Assembly (NCBI RefSeq): GCF_009914755.1
Contig: NC_060929.1
DNA: 64,000 nt
Direction: 5' to 3' (one strand)
DNA from: the human T2T-CHM13v2.0 reference genome, Homo sapiens
The notes beneath the pieces were generated by a model. That model worked only from the letters and a program-made list of their open reading frames with translations. It was not told where the DNA came from and searched no databases. This document shows, one piece after another, positions 62,986 through 64,000 of this stretch (position 1 is its first letter; each line of letters opens with the position of its first letter). A program made the position numbers and the translations under genes.

Positions 62986-64000
62986 TAGGATGCCAATTTT
63001 TTGTTGGATACCACATATTGATATCATGTGGTAGCTTAATCACCAAACATTGAAAGTAGTAAGGCAAAACAGAGCATAGCCTTCACTTTATAATGTCCTC
63101 ACAACTCTGTTTTCTATAGTAGCATCTGTGTATTTATCAAGAGAAACTACCATACATTTGTTATTGAAATCTTCTCATTGTCATATTTAGTTTCATAGCA
63201 GTGTGTTCTCTTGAAGCTCTTAGTGCTGCATACTGAAGTGATCATGACAGTGTGCTTTAAACATGTAGACAAGATTTTTATCTGCTATGGTGCAATACTG
63301 TACTGGGTTCTCACTGATAATCAGGTGTTTGTTGTCCTCTGTCAGTGAAAATGGGAATACAATTTACTTGATTCTTTTAAGATGTCTGTGATGCTAGGAC
63401 TCCCACATTTTCTAAGCAGTTGAACCATCTTTTTACAGAAGAATGTCCATATGTTTTTCTTCAGTATTACAGTCAGTCTTCTTTTCTCTATTGTCTTTTT
63501 TAGGATATCTTCTTAATATTACAATTCTGTTACTTAAATCTAATTCTTATGTGTAGAATTAGACTGCAGAAAATTGACTGTGTGTGTGTTTCCAAAGTCA
63601 GTATCTGCCTTGTCTTGCATAAATCTGAGAATTTCGTATTTTTGCAATTTTTGTTTCTAAACACTCTCATAGTTGTAATCTTCAGTTCCCCAGTATATAG
63701 ATAAGTAATTTACATGTACTGTGCTTTCATGATGACAAAAATGAAAGACTTTAAATTTGAATCAATATTCAACTGCGCCATATGTAGAAAAAGATAATAG
63801 CTGTGCTATTGAAAAAAAGAGGATGGTCATTCTAATTAATTGAACTTTCTAGTTAAAAGACTTCAAACATTAGGCATTATCCAGAGGATATAGTAAATGT
63901 TTTCTATTATGTCTGTGTTTTTTACACTATAGCAATATATGTTATGATGCCAGGATACTGCAGGAGAATAGCCAACACATTTATTGTAATTAATGTTTTT

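Overview
This is primate, almost certainly human, non-coding genomic DNA: AT-rich, CpG-poor and dominated by interspersed repeats. An AluYa5 with all five diagnostic bases points to human. I recognise no host protein-coding exon, structural RNA gene or CRISPR array. The ORF track is explained by Alu, L1 and Tigger remnants or by chance ORFs. Main elements: 15 Alus plus a FLAM; an L1PA4-6-type LINE-1 (minus strand) with intact ends but a ~2.1 kb in-frame internal deletion removing most of the RT and the Cys-rich region, and an open antisense ORF0-like frame; a complete MSTA-type MaLR element with two LTRs and an internal region; a full-length Tigger1 nested inside an MLT2B LTR and itself hit by an AluY; solo LTR8, MER31 and MER39 LTRs; a long L2; and MIR, MER, MLT, MADE1 and L3 fragments. 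Smaller oddities include a 45-bp templated insertion with a target duplication, several local tandem duplications, short inverted repeats and a repeat-poor block with regulatory and splice-like signals. I see no supportable evidence for a new biological system. Repeat family names come from my recall of consensus sequences, not from a search, and the boundaries of old elements are approximate.
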